Assembly (NCBI GenBank): GCA_965287045.1
Contig: OZ336872.1
Coordinates: 136,152,001 to 136,216,000, forward strand
Direction: 5' to 3'
Source of the DNA: Carcharhinus amblyrhynchos
Lineage: Eukaryota
DNA length: 64,000 nt
The notes under the pieces are model-generated. The model did no database searches, was not told the origin of the DNA, and saw nothing but the letters and a program-made list of their open reading frames with translations. Made by a program: the position numbers and the translations under genes. This document shows, piece by piece, positions 56,101 to 64,000 of this stretch. Position 1 is the first letter of the stretch; each line of letters starts with the position of its first letter.

Positions 56101-59100
56101 CACGCTTCTGCATAGATTTGGAGGGCATTGCACAGAGCATTTTGGCTTCCTGCCAACAGGCACAGTTCGACAACACAACTTTCAAAGTAACCAGTGGGAT
56201 TTATTACAGAGTGGCACTTTACAAATGGACCTTCTTGGCTGGTCATCAGGCCACAGAAATCATCGCTCTGGTACAGCTTCTCATCAGCAGGCGGACATTC
56301 CTCAGGGCTGCCTGGGTCACAACCTGGATCATCTGGTGGCACCTTCCAGCTATTTCCCAACTCATTCGAATCTTTGGCTTGCTCTCCATCAGGTTTCATG
56401 TAATCATCCTGCCTCAATCCATTGTAGTTACCGCACATACCACAAGTCTGATTAAAATAACTACTCGGTACTTTCACTTCCACCGAATGATCAGTGTCAT
56501 AGGAAACACTAAGCCCAAAGTCTGCCACCAGGACCACGTATCTTCCACTCCTACTCACACTCACGGTGCCATTCACTACTGTCACTGGTAACGTCCTCCA
56601 AACTTCGTCAACCTGAGTGCAAGTTCCAATTGAGGAATGATTCAGAACAAATTCAGTTCAAAATGCAGAATTTCACAAAACACAACCTAGCAATAAGACA
56701 CTTACCAATACACGATGCGACTCATTCTTAACGATCCAAACAGTGTGGCCATGAACAGCTACTCGAACTTTTTGAACGTAAGACACTTTCGCATTGCCCC
56801 GATTTTCATTTTTCGCTTCGATGTTGAAGTATGGAAGAGATGAGGAATTTGTGCAAAGCTTGGCGATCGTATAGGTGCACGTCCCCATGAAGTGATGGGT
56901 CGCTTTGTCAAACGTACTGTAGTGTGGGTCATTATGAACTCTGCAGATGCCATATGCATGTGGGTAGCAACCTGGAACTCCGTTTGCAACTCCGCAGAAT
57001 GAATCCGCAGCACACCCTGAACTCCAGCACATTAGTTTACTGCCCTTCGAAGGACATCGACATTTCATTGAACATGTATCATCCGTCCAGAATTCAGATC
57101 CCACCGGGTAGTGTTTGTCTTCAGACCAACAGCCACACTGACTACTTGGCACACATCGGTCGTTGTAGAAAATATAACCACTGTCACACACACAGCCTTC
57201 TACACATGGCTGGGAGCAGCTGGAAGGAGCATTGGGATTGACACATGTAGCTGGACAGGCTGAGCCACACTGCTCATAGTGACTATTCACTGCACACTTC
57301 AAAGCTAGAAACGGAATTCCAAAGATCACGCATTAATGACCTTGCCATTAAATCCCTGCCGTATAACATGAAATCCCAAATGGTTCAAACGGATCTCCAC
57401 TAAGTACAATTTATATATCGAGCAATAAAGAATCAAATCACTTACGGCAGAAGGTCTCATTCCTCCAAGCTTCCACTCTCACTCCCTTCGACTGGCATGT
57501 ATCTGCATAGGACTGCAAACTACTGCACAGAGACCCCGTATGCAAGTCTAATGCACACAGATCATACACACAGCCCCCAAAATAATCCATGGGGTCTACA
57601 ACAGAATGGCATGCCTTGAAGGGACCACGTGAATCCACGATTATTCCACAGTAAGATTTACTTTCTATGATGTGCTTTTCATCATCAGTACAATTTGGTT
57701 CAATGCCAATGTCAGGAACACACCTGCAAAAACAGCAGCATCACCAATGAGAAATGGTTAAAGCTATAAATTTCTGCAAGTAAATGCCACCAAAAGCCTG
57801 CATTGATGAAGGAACAAAAGCAACCTGAACACTTTCATACAATGTACCTTGTATCATTGTGGGTTTGCCAGCTGTTTCCCAAGCTGATGGAATCGGGCTC
57901 CATCACTCCATCTGGATTGAGGAAATCGTCTGTTCTGTCGTCGTTATAGTTCCCGCACATTCCACACACTTTCCCCTTGAAGACACTGCCAAGAGTTACC
58001 TCTGCTCGATGCATCCCATCAAACCTCACCCTCAGTCCAAAATTGGTACTAACAACTACATACTTTCCACTTAGGCCAACATCAACACCAGAAGCCAGTG
58101 ACACAGGCAGCACCTCCACTTCTCCATCGACCTGGAGAGACACAAACATTGATCCACCCATTCTTCAAAAAAATGACCGTTCAACGTACTTGATAAAGAG
58201 ATGAAAATATATCAAACTCTTACCTTGACCACGTGTCCCTTCTCTAATGTTATTCTGTGACTGTAGACATTGACGTTGACATGTTTGACGTACGATACAT
58301 AGCAATTCCCTGATCTGTGCTCATTTGCAGCTTCAACATTGAAATAGGGCAGATTACTGCTGGCGTCACAGAGTTTTGATAATGTATATGTGCATGTTCC
58401 CATGAAGTTGTGAGCTTGTTTGTCAAAGGTGTTGTAATGAGGATCACCTTGTACAGTGCAGGATGATTCTAAGAATTGTAAAACAAAGATCAATTGGTGG
58501 TACCACCGTACATCCAAGACCAAATTCCATTATTTTACACTCCACCCCACCACTCTTTTCTTTTTCCACATGTTGACTACATTGTGACTGCTATCTTTTA
58601 TTGACAAGGTATTGTTGTCATCATTAAATCACTCAACTCCTTCTAAGTGATTCCATCCTTCCAGGATTTATGCTTCTGCCATTAGTATTTCCCCATCAAT
58701 TGCAGGCAATACAATACTGAATGGCTGGAATTTCCTTGCCCCTCCTTCAATTTGTGCCATGCAATAGGTGCATTGACAATTCAATGTACCAAACCAATGA
58801 TATTTAGAGTGATAATAATAAGTGATACTCACAAGAGCACTGTCCAGTAACAACATCTACTAGACATCCAAACATATTCATATCACACTTAATCTTCCAC
58901 AAAGTCAATCACAATTGATAACCAGGTATATACACAACTGGGGCATTTGGCAAAATCTTTTCTTCTCCCTGGTGGCAAGCTTAGAGGCAGGAAGGCATTG
59001 AAATAAATGGGATTGTGGAGCACTGGAACCCTGTCACACCTCATCAGCACCAAAACTAATTTTATCGTGACAAGGCCCATTGTCGATCTACCCATTCCAC

Positions 59101-61273
59101 CATCAATAAAGCCCCTTTTGCAGCCAATCAATGGCCTTTTTTTGGCTTCATCCTGCCTTCAATGGTATTAACCCACCTGCAGATAAGCCTGTTGCCACAC
59201 GGCATGCATAGAAGCTAAAGCCATGCAGCCAGTTTGTCATCTCACCGTAAGGGTGGGTGTCTCTCAAACAGGACCAACCACCTGATCAAAGGCTGGACAA
59301 AGGGAAGGGAGTGTTGCCCTACAAGAGCAAGGCCTGCCATTGCTACAGACACCTCAAAACCCTTGATTCTCACTCCAAGAAACCACACAACATGCACCTT
59401 AATTACTTCTGGCATTGCAATCCTGCCACTCTGCTTGCTGTCTGTTTTTCCTGCAGCAGCTACGGCCTGCCCAATGGCCCTGATGGGCACAAAAGCTGCT
59501 AGCCTCTAATAGAGAAGACTCCCACCCCGGAGCTCTTGACTGCAGGGGCTGTCCCTCCACTGGCCTCATCGCTGCCTGAGTGCTTTGTGGTTCAACATGT
59601 CTTCGCAAAAAGAGGCACAAGAGATTCTCACCAATAGCTGACTCTCCTGGCACCTCAGCAAGATTCTGTCCATAATCTATCTCTTTCCACATTCCGTTCT
59701 CCATTGAGAAATCAACACAACCATCTGCTTGGCTTCCAGATCTCGCTGTCTGCATCATGCAACAGCTAGCTCACAGGAGATATTTCCAATCATTTGCCCA
59801 CATTAGCAAATTGTCAAATTTACTGCTCTTTTTTACAAATGAAATTACATTGGTAATATTTTGACTCAATTAATCAAAACTGATTAAATGGTTCATACAA
59901 ATATAGGGTGGGTGAAAAAGTAGCTGTCTCTAATTGTCTACCACTAACTCAAAGTAAATGAGACTTGAATAAGAATAGCACAATCAATATCCCACATCAC
60001 ATGTCAGCTGCTTTTGTTTACCTGTTCTGTCCGGTGTCATGGTGCTGGTTGTAGTTGGAGTGCTCATTGTGGCTGCTGTATCACACATGTCTGCAGAGAA
60101 AGCATGGTTAAAAAGTCAGAAGAATCTCCATGTTATAAACAAATCAAGTCAACTTTCCACACTCACCCAATGTGGAAAAAGAAAGAGGACAACATATTAC
60201 GATGAGACAGGAAACACCAAACTTAAAACCAGTGCTGGACATAGAGAGGTTGTTTTCTCTGGCTGACAAATCTCAAATACAGGGGCACAATCTCAGGGTA
60301 AGGTGTTGATCATTTAGGATTGTGATGAGAAAAAAGTACTTTATTTTTGGAGTGTGAATGTTTCCAAATTTTCAATCCCAGAAGACTGAGGATTATCCAT
60401 CATTGAGTATATTTCAGGCCGAGATAAACAGATTTGGGAATCTCAGACAATCAAGGGACCTGTGGAGCAAATTGGAAAGTGGAGCTGAGGCAGAAAATCA
60501 GCCATAATCACATTTAATGGACTAGCTGGATCAAGGGGTTGCATCGTCTGCTCCTGCTCCAATTGCTTAAGATCTCATCTTCATCAATGTTTACATAACG
60601 AATGAATCACAATTTATACCAGAAAACTAGACATGTCTACAAACCTCCACAACATCCAGTATGAAAGGAGATGTCATCCACAGCAACATCACTGCGATAG
60701 TCATTGCCCCGGACTGCTTCAATGAGGATCTGTAAGAGAAAGCATCACAATATCAACGAGCAACAGATAGCAACAGCAAGTCAAACTCAATTTTAGTATC
60801 TCCCTTTCAGTCACAGGGGGGAACAGGATGAATACATCAATTCATTATTTTCTTGATACAACCACAGATAACTCCTCTGATTTAAAATTAACAAGTTCAA
60901 CTTTATTTTAAGATAGAAAAACGCTACTTCATTTCCAACTGATGTTGCAAATTGCCCAATTTCATCACATAACAAAAACCAAAAAAAGTCACATAAATAT
61001 TTTTCAGATAGTTTACCCGAGAATTTCCTGAGAGCTGCAAGCCCACTTCTCCTGCGATCCATTTGTTTCCCTTATTTCCTGTCTTCGACCACATTAGTGC
61101 TGGTATCCCACCTTCAACCTGGTAAACTTTCAAAGCCATGCTATGAGCCACTCCATACATGTGGTACCAGAATCGCAAGCACTGAGCTCCTGTCATTTTG
61201 CATGGAGAACTGACCAATTGCGCTCTGTCTCCTTCACTGCCATCATTTCCTTCAATGTAGATGTAGTAACCAC
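2006..61273 (-). CDS. Giant multi-exon zonadhesin-like / IgGFc-binding-protein (FCGBP)-like gene, partial (both ends outside the window)
   Basis: Minus-strand exons have canonical GT/AG ends and consistent phases. They encode MAM domains ([34 protein letters not shown]), VWD domains (GDPHY.TFD, CGMCG/CGLCG), C8 (GPF..CH..YF..CVYD.C) and TIL ([14 protein letters not shown]). Summed exons are about 22.8 kb (about 7,600 aa) if the gap overlap is collapsed. Confidence 0.93.
2988..3235 (-). CDS. Exon, first half of non-repeated downstream VWD ([16 protein letters not shown]...HKVL)
   Basis: Acceptor GTGAAG|GT, donor CTG|GTATGT; 248 nt, phase 1-0; overlaps ORF 2904..3167. Confidence 0.88.
3822..4675. 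mobile_element. Possible degenerate GC-rich non-autonomous DNA element
   Basis: GC-rich island in an AT-rich intron, with weak GGGTG..CACCC termini. Confidence 0.3.
5250..5318 (-). CDS. Exon, Thr/Ser-rich linker, diverged 3'-terminal copy ([23 protein letters not shown])
   Basis: TGCAG|AC ... ACAG|GTAAAT; 69 nt, phase 1-1; paralog of 17872-17940. Confidence 0.85.
6813..8700 (+). mobile_element. 5'-truncated CR1 LINE 'B' (6813-7188 + 8050-8700)
   Basis: [35 protein letters not shown]; (TTCTTATG)n tail; TAAT duplicated at both ends. Confidence 0.93.
7189..8049 (+). mobile_element. Young 5'-truncated CR1 LINE 'C' nested in CR1 B
   Basis: Uninterrupted ORF2 C-terminus 7214..7948 (244 aa), intact 3' UTR and (TTCTTATG)3 tail. 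Confidence 0.94.
9873..10187 (+). repeat. Inverted copy of the LTR/CR1-A junction, embedded in the CR1 A 3' UTR
   Basis: Reverse complement matches 6759-6812 + 8705-8966, about 93% by hand count. Confidence 0.85.
10250..10590 (+). mobile_element. Old CR1 3' fragment predating the duplications (also about 18300-18640 in each unit, and 60230-60570)
   Basis: EGVFPL..KSQTQ.HNLRVR...IVNL-like peptide and a CR1 3' UTR in all paralogous introns. Confidence 0.7.
10677..10761 (-). CDS. Reference unit exon 13: MAM C-terminal part ([28 protein letters not shown])
   Basis: TTACAG|ATC ... G|GTTTGT; 85 nt, phase 0-1; MAM DIA.DD motif. Confidence 0.88.
11050..11306 (-). CDS. Reference unit exon 12: MAM core (GGYYIYIEG...[10 protein letters not shown]...GNKW)
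   Basis: CCAG|GT ... CAG|GTAAAC; 257 nt, phase 1-0; inside ORF 10957..11328. Confidence 0.92.
11395..11532 (-). CDS. Reference unit exon 11: MAM N-terminal part ([14 protein letters not shown]...DHTTA)
   Basis: CACAG|GT ... G|GTAGGC; 138 nt, phase 1-1. Confidence 0.92.
12308..12452 (-). mobile_element. Short CR1-type 3' end present in every unit
   Basis: Reverse complement ends ...GGGCCGAAGTGCCTGTTTCCATGCTGTAAACCTCTGTGATTCTGTGACT; peptide [17 protein letters not shown]. Confidence 0.75.
12525..12805 (-). CDS. Reference unit exon 10: C8 domain 3
   Basis: CACAG|G ... A|GTAAGT; 281 nt, phase 2-1; [17 protein letters not shown]. Confidence 0.92.
13236..13522 (-). CDS. Reference unit exon 9: VWD3 second half (CGLCG)
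   Basis: TTTAG|GTG ... CT|GTGAGT; 287 nt, phase 0-2. Confidence 0.92.
13635..14015 (-). CDS. Reference unit exon 8: TILa/VWC-like + VWD3 first half (YGDPHY)
   Basis: GTCAG|AAA ... TAT|GTGAGT; 381 nt, phase 0-0. Confidence 0.92.
14130..14329 (-). CDS. Reference unit exon 7: TIL domain 2
   Basis: TTTCAG|CT ... GAA|GTAAGT; 200 nt, phase 1-0; [18 protein letters not shown]. Confidence 0.92.
14418..14440. repeat. Interrupted (CA)n microsatellite, same length in all six units
   Basis: ACACACACACACACGCACACACA. Confidence 0.85.
14635..15196 (-). CDS. Reference unit exon 6: VWD2 second half + C8 domain 2
   Basis: CTCAG|GTT ... C|GTATGT; 562 nt, phase 0-1; CGMCGNY and GPFVKCH. Confidence 0.92.
15290..15888 (-). 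CDS. Reference unit exon 5: TIL 1 + TILa/VWC-like + VWD2 first half (HNDPHY)
   Basis: TTTCTAG|CT ... TTG|GTAAGT; 599 nt, phase 1-0. Confidence 0.92.
16030..16307 (-). CDS. Reference unit exon 4: C8 domain 1
   Basis: TTGCAG|G ... C|GTAAGT; 278 nt, phase 2-1. Confidence 0.92.
16432..16715 (-). CDS. Reference unit exon 3: VWD1 second half (CGMCG)
   Basis: CTCCAG|GTC ... AG|GTACAT; 284 nt, phase 0-2. Confidence 0.92.
16808..17052 (-). CDS. Reference unit exon 2: VWD1 first half (QGDPHY)
   Basis: TTCTTAG|AA ... AAG|GTAAGA; 245 nt, phase 1-0. Confidence 0.92.
17872..17940 (-). CDS. Reference unit exon 1: Thr/Ser-rich linker ([23 protein letters not shown])
   Basis: TGCAG|AC ... ACAG|GTAGAC; 69 nt, phase 1-1; conserved in both diverged terminal copies. 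Confidence 0.85.
17990..18208 (-). mobile_element. Young CR1-C-family 3' fragment (approx. 218 bp); copies at about 26035, 34080, 43316, 51361
   Basis: Reverse complement differs from 7831-8049 at only about 6 positions; absent from the paralogous sites near 5367 and 60139. Confidence 0.92.
18722..25985 (-). CDS. 13-exon repeat block (linker-3xVWD assemblies-MAM), reference exon coordinates +8045
   Basis: ORF track recurs at exactly +8045 with identical translations; block boundaries checked. Confidence 0.92.
26767..34030 (-). CDS. 13-exon repeat block, reference exon coordinates +16090
   Basis: ORF track recurs at +16090 with identical exon translations. Confidence 0.92.
34812..43266 (-). 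CDS. Repeat block(s) broken by assembly gap: MAM exons at +24135 left of gap; exons 1-11 and partial exon 12 at +25326 right of gap
   Basis: Same exons; 35311-36401 is repeated at 36502-37592 across the 100-N gap. Confidence 0.85.
36402..36501. other. Assembly gap (100 N) inside the array
   Basis: Run of exactly 100 N; the flanks share 1,091 bp. Confidence 0.99.
44048..51311 (-). CDS. 13-exon repeat block, reference exon coordinates +33371
   Basis: ORF track recurs at +33371; carries the L>V (TVVNG) and H>R (VKRV) variants. Confidence 0.92.
52093..60090 (-). CDS. 5'-most 13-exon block: exons 2-13 at +41416, diverged linker exon at 60022-60090
   Basis: ORF track recurs at +41416 with a few private substitutions; linker reads [23 protein letters not shown] with intact splice sites. 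Confidence 0.9.
60645..60729 (-). CDS. Exon, MAM C-terminal part, diverged 5'-terminal copy (..RSDVAVDD..)
   Basis: 85 nt, same splice sites as 10677-10761. Confidence 0.87.
61017..61273 (-). CDS. Exon, MAM core, diverged 5'-terminal copy
   Basis: 257 nt inside ORF 60924..61295; R>S, E>G and Q>R relative to the array. The preceding MAM exon is not in the window. Confidence 0.9.
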
Positions 61274-61503
61274 CTGGACACACAATTATGCTCATTGGTT
61301 AGAAACAAATGATCTTTTATTTTAATTTGTTCTTATGTGAGTTTTCTTGTCACTGACAAAGCAAGCCTTTATTGTTCATCCATAATTGTCCTTGAAAAGG
61401 TGGCGTTGAACTACCTTCTTGAACCATTGCAGTTTATTTGGTGTAGGTACACCAGGTTCTGTTTGGAAGGTATTTCTTGAATTTTAAGCCATTGTCAGTG
61501 AAG

Positions 61504-62667
61504 TGTCACAGGGAGTTCAGACTAAAATCTCCCGCACTTTGTGCACTGCAGAGGCCACCAGCATAAATAACATTAGATTTCAGGGGGCAGGGTCTATTCC
61601 CGCCTCGGAGGCTGAAACCAGCAGGACTTTGCGCATGCACAATGGTCCCGAACTGTCAACGTCCCATTTGCTGGCCAGCTCGATCAGTGGTCAACCTGGA
61701 ACACTTGCAGTGTTGGCCCTCCCCAAACCACCACCCCCCACACCCCCTCCCCCACCCAAAGCCCAATCGCAGTCCACACGACCATTCCCGGGCCAACCTC
61801 ATCCCCCATCCTGTCCCGGATCGCCCTGATCTTCAGCCTCCCCCCCGCCCAACCTTCTCCCACAGTGCAGACATTCCTGCAGGCAGAACACCCCACATCC
61901 CCCTCCCCATCCCACTTGGCAGGCCTGCCCCAATCGCCGGCCTCCCACCTGTCTCCATCGATCCCAATGCAAAGTGGCAGCAGGATCTCTCTACCCCACC
62001 CCTCACTCCCTTTAGGTCCTGCCCCATTAGGCTTTGCCCCCATCAGGCATCATCCCCTTGGCACTGTCCCGTGCTGAAGGGACAATGCCAAGATGCCCTC
62101 TGGGGCATTGACATTTTGCTCCTTGGACAGTGCCAGGTGGCACAAGCTGACATTGCCAGGGTGCCCATACTCAGGGGTCCCCGATTGCGCCCCCCACCCC
62201 CAATTTAGAACATAGAACATAGAACACTACAGCACAAACAGGCCCTTCGGCCCACAAGTTGCACCCATCACTTCTATACCTACTAAGCCATAGACCTATC
62301 TATAACCCCCAATCCCATTAGATCCCATATACTCATCCAGAAGTCTTTTAAAAGACCCCAGCGATGTAGTGGGGTCAGGTCACTAGCTCCAGAAAGTCGG
62401 GAGCTAGTCTCAACCCCACACAAGTGAAACACCTGGCAGGCTGGGAGAATTCAGTCCTGGGCCCGCTAATAGCATTTAAATGATACTTAAATTATCATTT
62501 AAATGCTAGCTCCCCCTCCCTACCGATTTCCGACGGGAAATCTGGTGCTGGGAGATGCAAGCAGGGCATGAATGCTTGTGGGAACCCGGCTAATCAACCC
62601 CCGCGCAATTCTCCCGGCCCGCTGTGCTAGAAAATTAGCACAGCGGGATGGGCGACTCACCCCCATG
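61504..62667. mobile_element. GC-rich insertion in the LINE (probable non-autonomous DNA element)
   Basis: Sharp compositional shift; LINE-like sequence resumes at about 62668 (TTCCAAGTTAGGACAG). Confidence 0.45.
62206..62365 (-). mobile_element. Short CR1-type 3' end nested in the GC-rich insertion
   Basis: (TAGAACA)3 tail followed by ..ACAGGCCCTTCGGCCCAC hairpin. Confidence 0.7.
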
Positions 62668-64000
62668 GTTCCAAGTTAGGACAGCGTGTGACTTTGAGGG
62701 AAACATGCCGTTGCGGTGTTCCCATGTTTCTGCTGCCCTTGTCCTTCTAAGTGGTCCTCCTATGGGTTTTGAAGATACTGTTGAAGGAGCCTTGTTGTGT
62801 TGTTACAATGCATCTTGTCGATGATACATGCAGTTGCCATGGCACGTTGATAATGGAAAGAGCAAATATTTAAGTGGTGGTTGGGGTGGTAACCAATTCA
62901 ACTGGTTTGTCCTGGATAGAGTTGAGGTTCTAGGGTACTATTGGAGCTGCATTCATTTTAGCAAGTGGAAAGTTTTGCATCATGCTCCTTGCTTTTGCCT
63001 TGTAAACTTGGTGGAATGACTTTGTGGAGTCACAAATAGAGTCACTGATCACAGTATATTCAGCCTCTCAGTTTCAGTTCCGGGACATTTATGGCGAAAG
63101 TTTTATGATGGGAACCTCATTTAATGTCAATAGGAAGTGCTTTGACTCTCTTTAGTTGAATGGAGATAGTCATTGCCTGGCACAAATGTCACTTACCACT
63201 TATCAATCCATGGCCAAATGTTGCCCAGGACATGTTGCATGCAGGCACAAACTGCTTAATTATCTGATGTGTTATGAATGGAACACGATGCAATCATCAG
63301 CATGCACCACAACTTCTGATATATTGAAGGTGATCTATGAAGTAGCTGAAGAGAGTTGGGCCTAGGCAGTACCCTGAGGAATCCCTGCAGTGGTATCCTG
63401 GGGCTAAGATGATCGGCCTCTGACAACCATCCTGTTTGCGTTAGGTATGACTCCAACCATTAGAGATGTTCCTCTTCACCCCACTTGATTCCCATCAACT
63501 TCAATTTTAAAAAGTCTCCTGGGTGCCATGCTCATTTAAGTGCTGCCCTGATGACAGGGAGTCACTCTCACCTGACCTCTGGAATTCAGTTCCTTTGTCT
63601 GTATTTGAACCTAAGCTGTAATGAGATGACTGGTTTGGGCAGACTAAGCATTGGTGAGCAAGTTATTAGTGAGTAAATGTCACTTGTCAGCCTTCTTGGC
63701 AATACCTTCAATCATTTTACTGACGATTAAGAGTAGATTGATATGGCAATTGTACTGATTGGATTTGTCCTGCATTTTGTGATCAGGACACCCTCTGAAA
63801 ATTTTACATATTGCTTTTAAGTAAATGTCAGTGTTGTAGCTACACCAGAACAGATTGGCTAGGGGTGTGGACAGTTTTACAACATCTGTCTTCAGCACAA
63901 CAGCTGCAATGTTGTTGGGGGCATAGCCTTTGTTGCCTTCAGTCATTTCTTGATACCTTATGAACTGAATCAAGTTAGCTGAAGTTTGGCATCTGTAACA

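Larger units (their letters stand above)
10650..58520. repeat. Homogenised tandem array (coding macrosatellite), period 8,045 bp, at least 6 units
   Basis: Exact 8,045 periodicity (e.g. ORFs at 10736/18781/26826/34871 and 44107/52152); only scattered substitutions between copies. Confidence 0.97.
61320..64000 (-). mobile_element. Old degenerate LINE (RT-encoding, CR1/L2-group) with nested inserts
   Basis: ORF 63680..63973 (PNNIAAVVLKT..LSTPLANLF..SYNTDIY..CPDHKMQDKSNQYNCHINLLLIVSKMIEG) is RT domain-like; 3' tail resembles the SINE tail at 922-1000. Confidence 0.75.

Noticed and set aside
10650-58520. Cluster of six separate paralogous genes
   Set aside because: No start, signal peptide, stop or poly(A) exon per unit; splice phases chain the units into one reading frame.
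61503-62208. Pro-rich and Gly-rich ORFs
   Set aside because: Low-complexity C-rich repeat sequence with no domain signal.

Overview
Vertebrate genomic DNA, almost certainly a cartilaginous fish, judging from HE1/V-SINE-like, SacSINE1-like, CR1 and Penelope-type repeats. The whole window lies inside one very large minus-strand, multi-exon gene for a secreted zonadhesin/FCGBP-like protein (MAM + VWD/C8/TIL); neither the start nor the stop codon is in the window. About 10.65-58.5 kb is a head-to-tail array of an 8,045-bp unit. I parsed the unit into 13 GT-AG exons (3,666 nt = 1,222 codons; introns 4,379 nt) encoding Thr-rich linker-VWD-C8-TIL-VWD-C8-TIL-VWD-C8-MAM. Six units are visible, nearly identical in introns as well as exons, and a 100-N gap (36402-36501) probably hides more. 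The window alone encodes about 7,600 aa in frame. The outermost copies are diverged and loaded with transposons: a four-layer nest of CR1/solo LTR/CR1/CR1 at 5.4-10.2 kb, and a LINE plus inserts beyond 61.3 kb. The left end carries SINEs and two hairpin Penelope-like insertions with hammerhead-ribozyme motifs.
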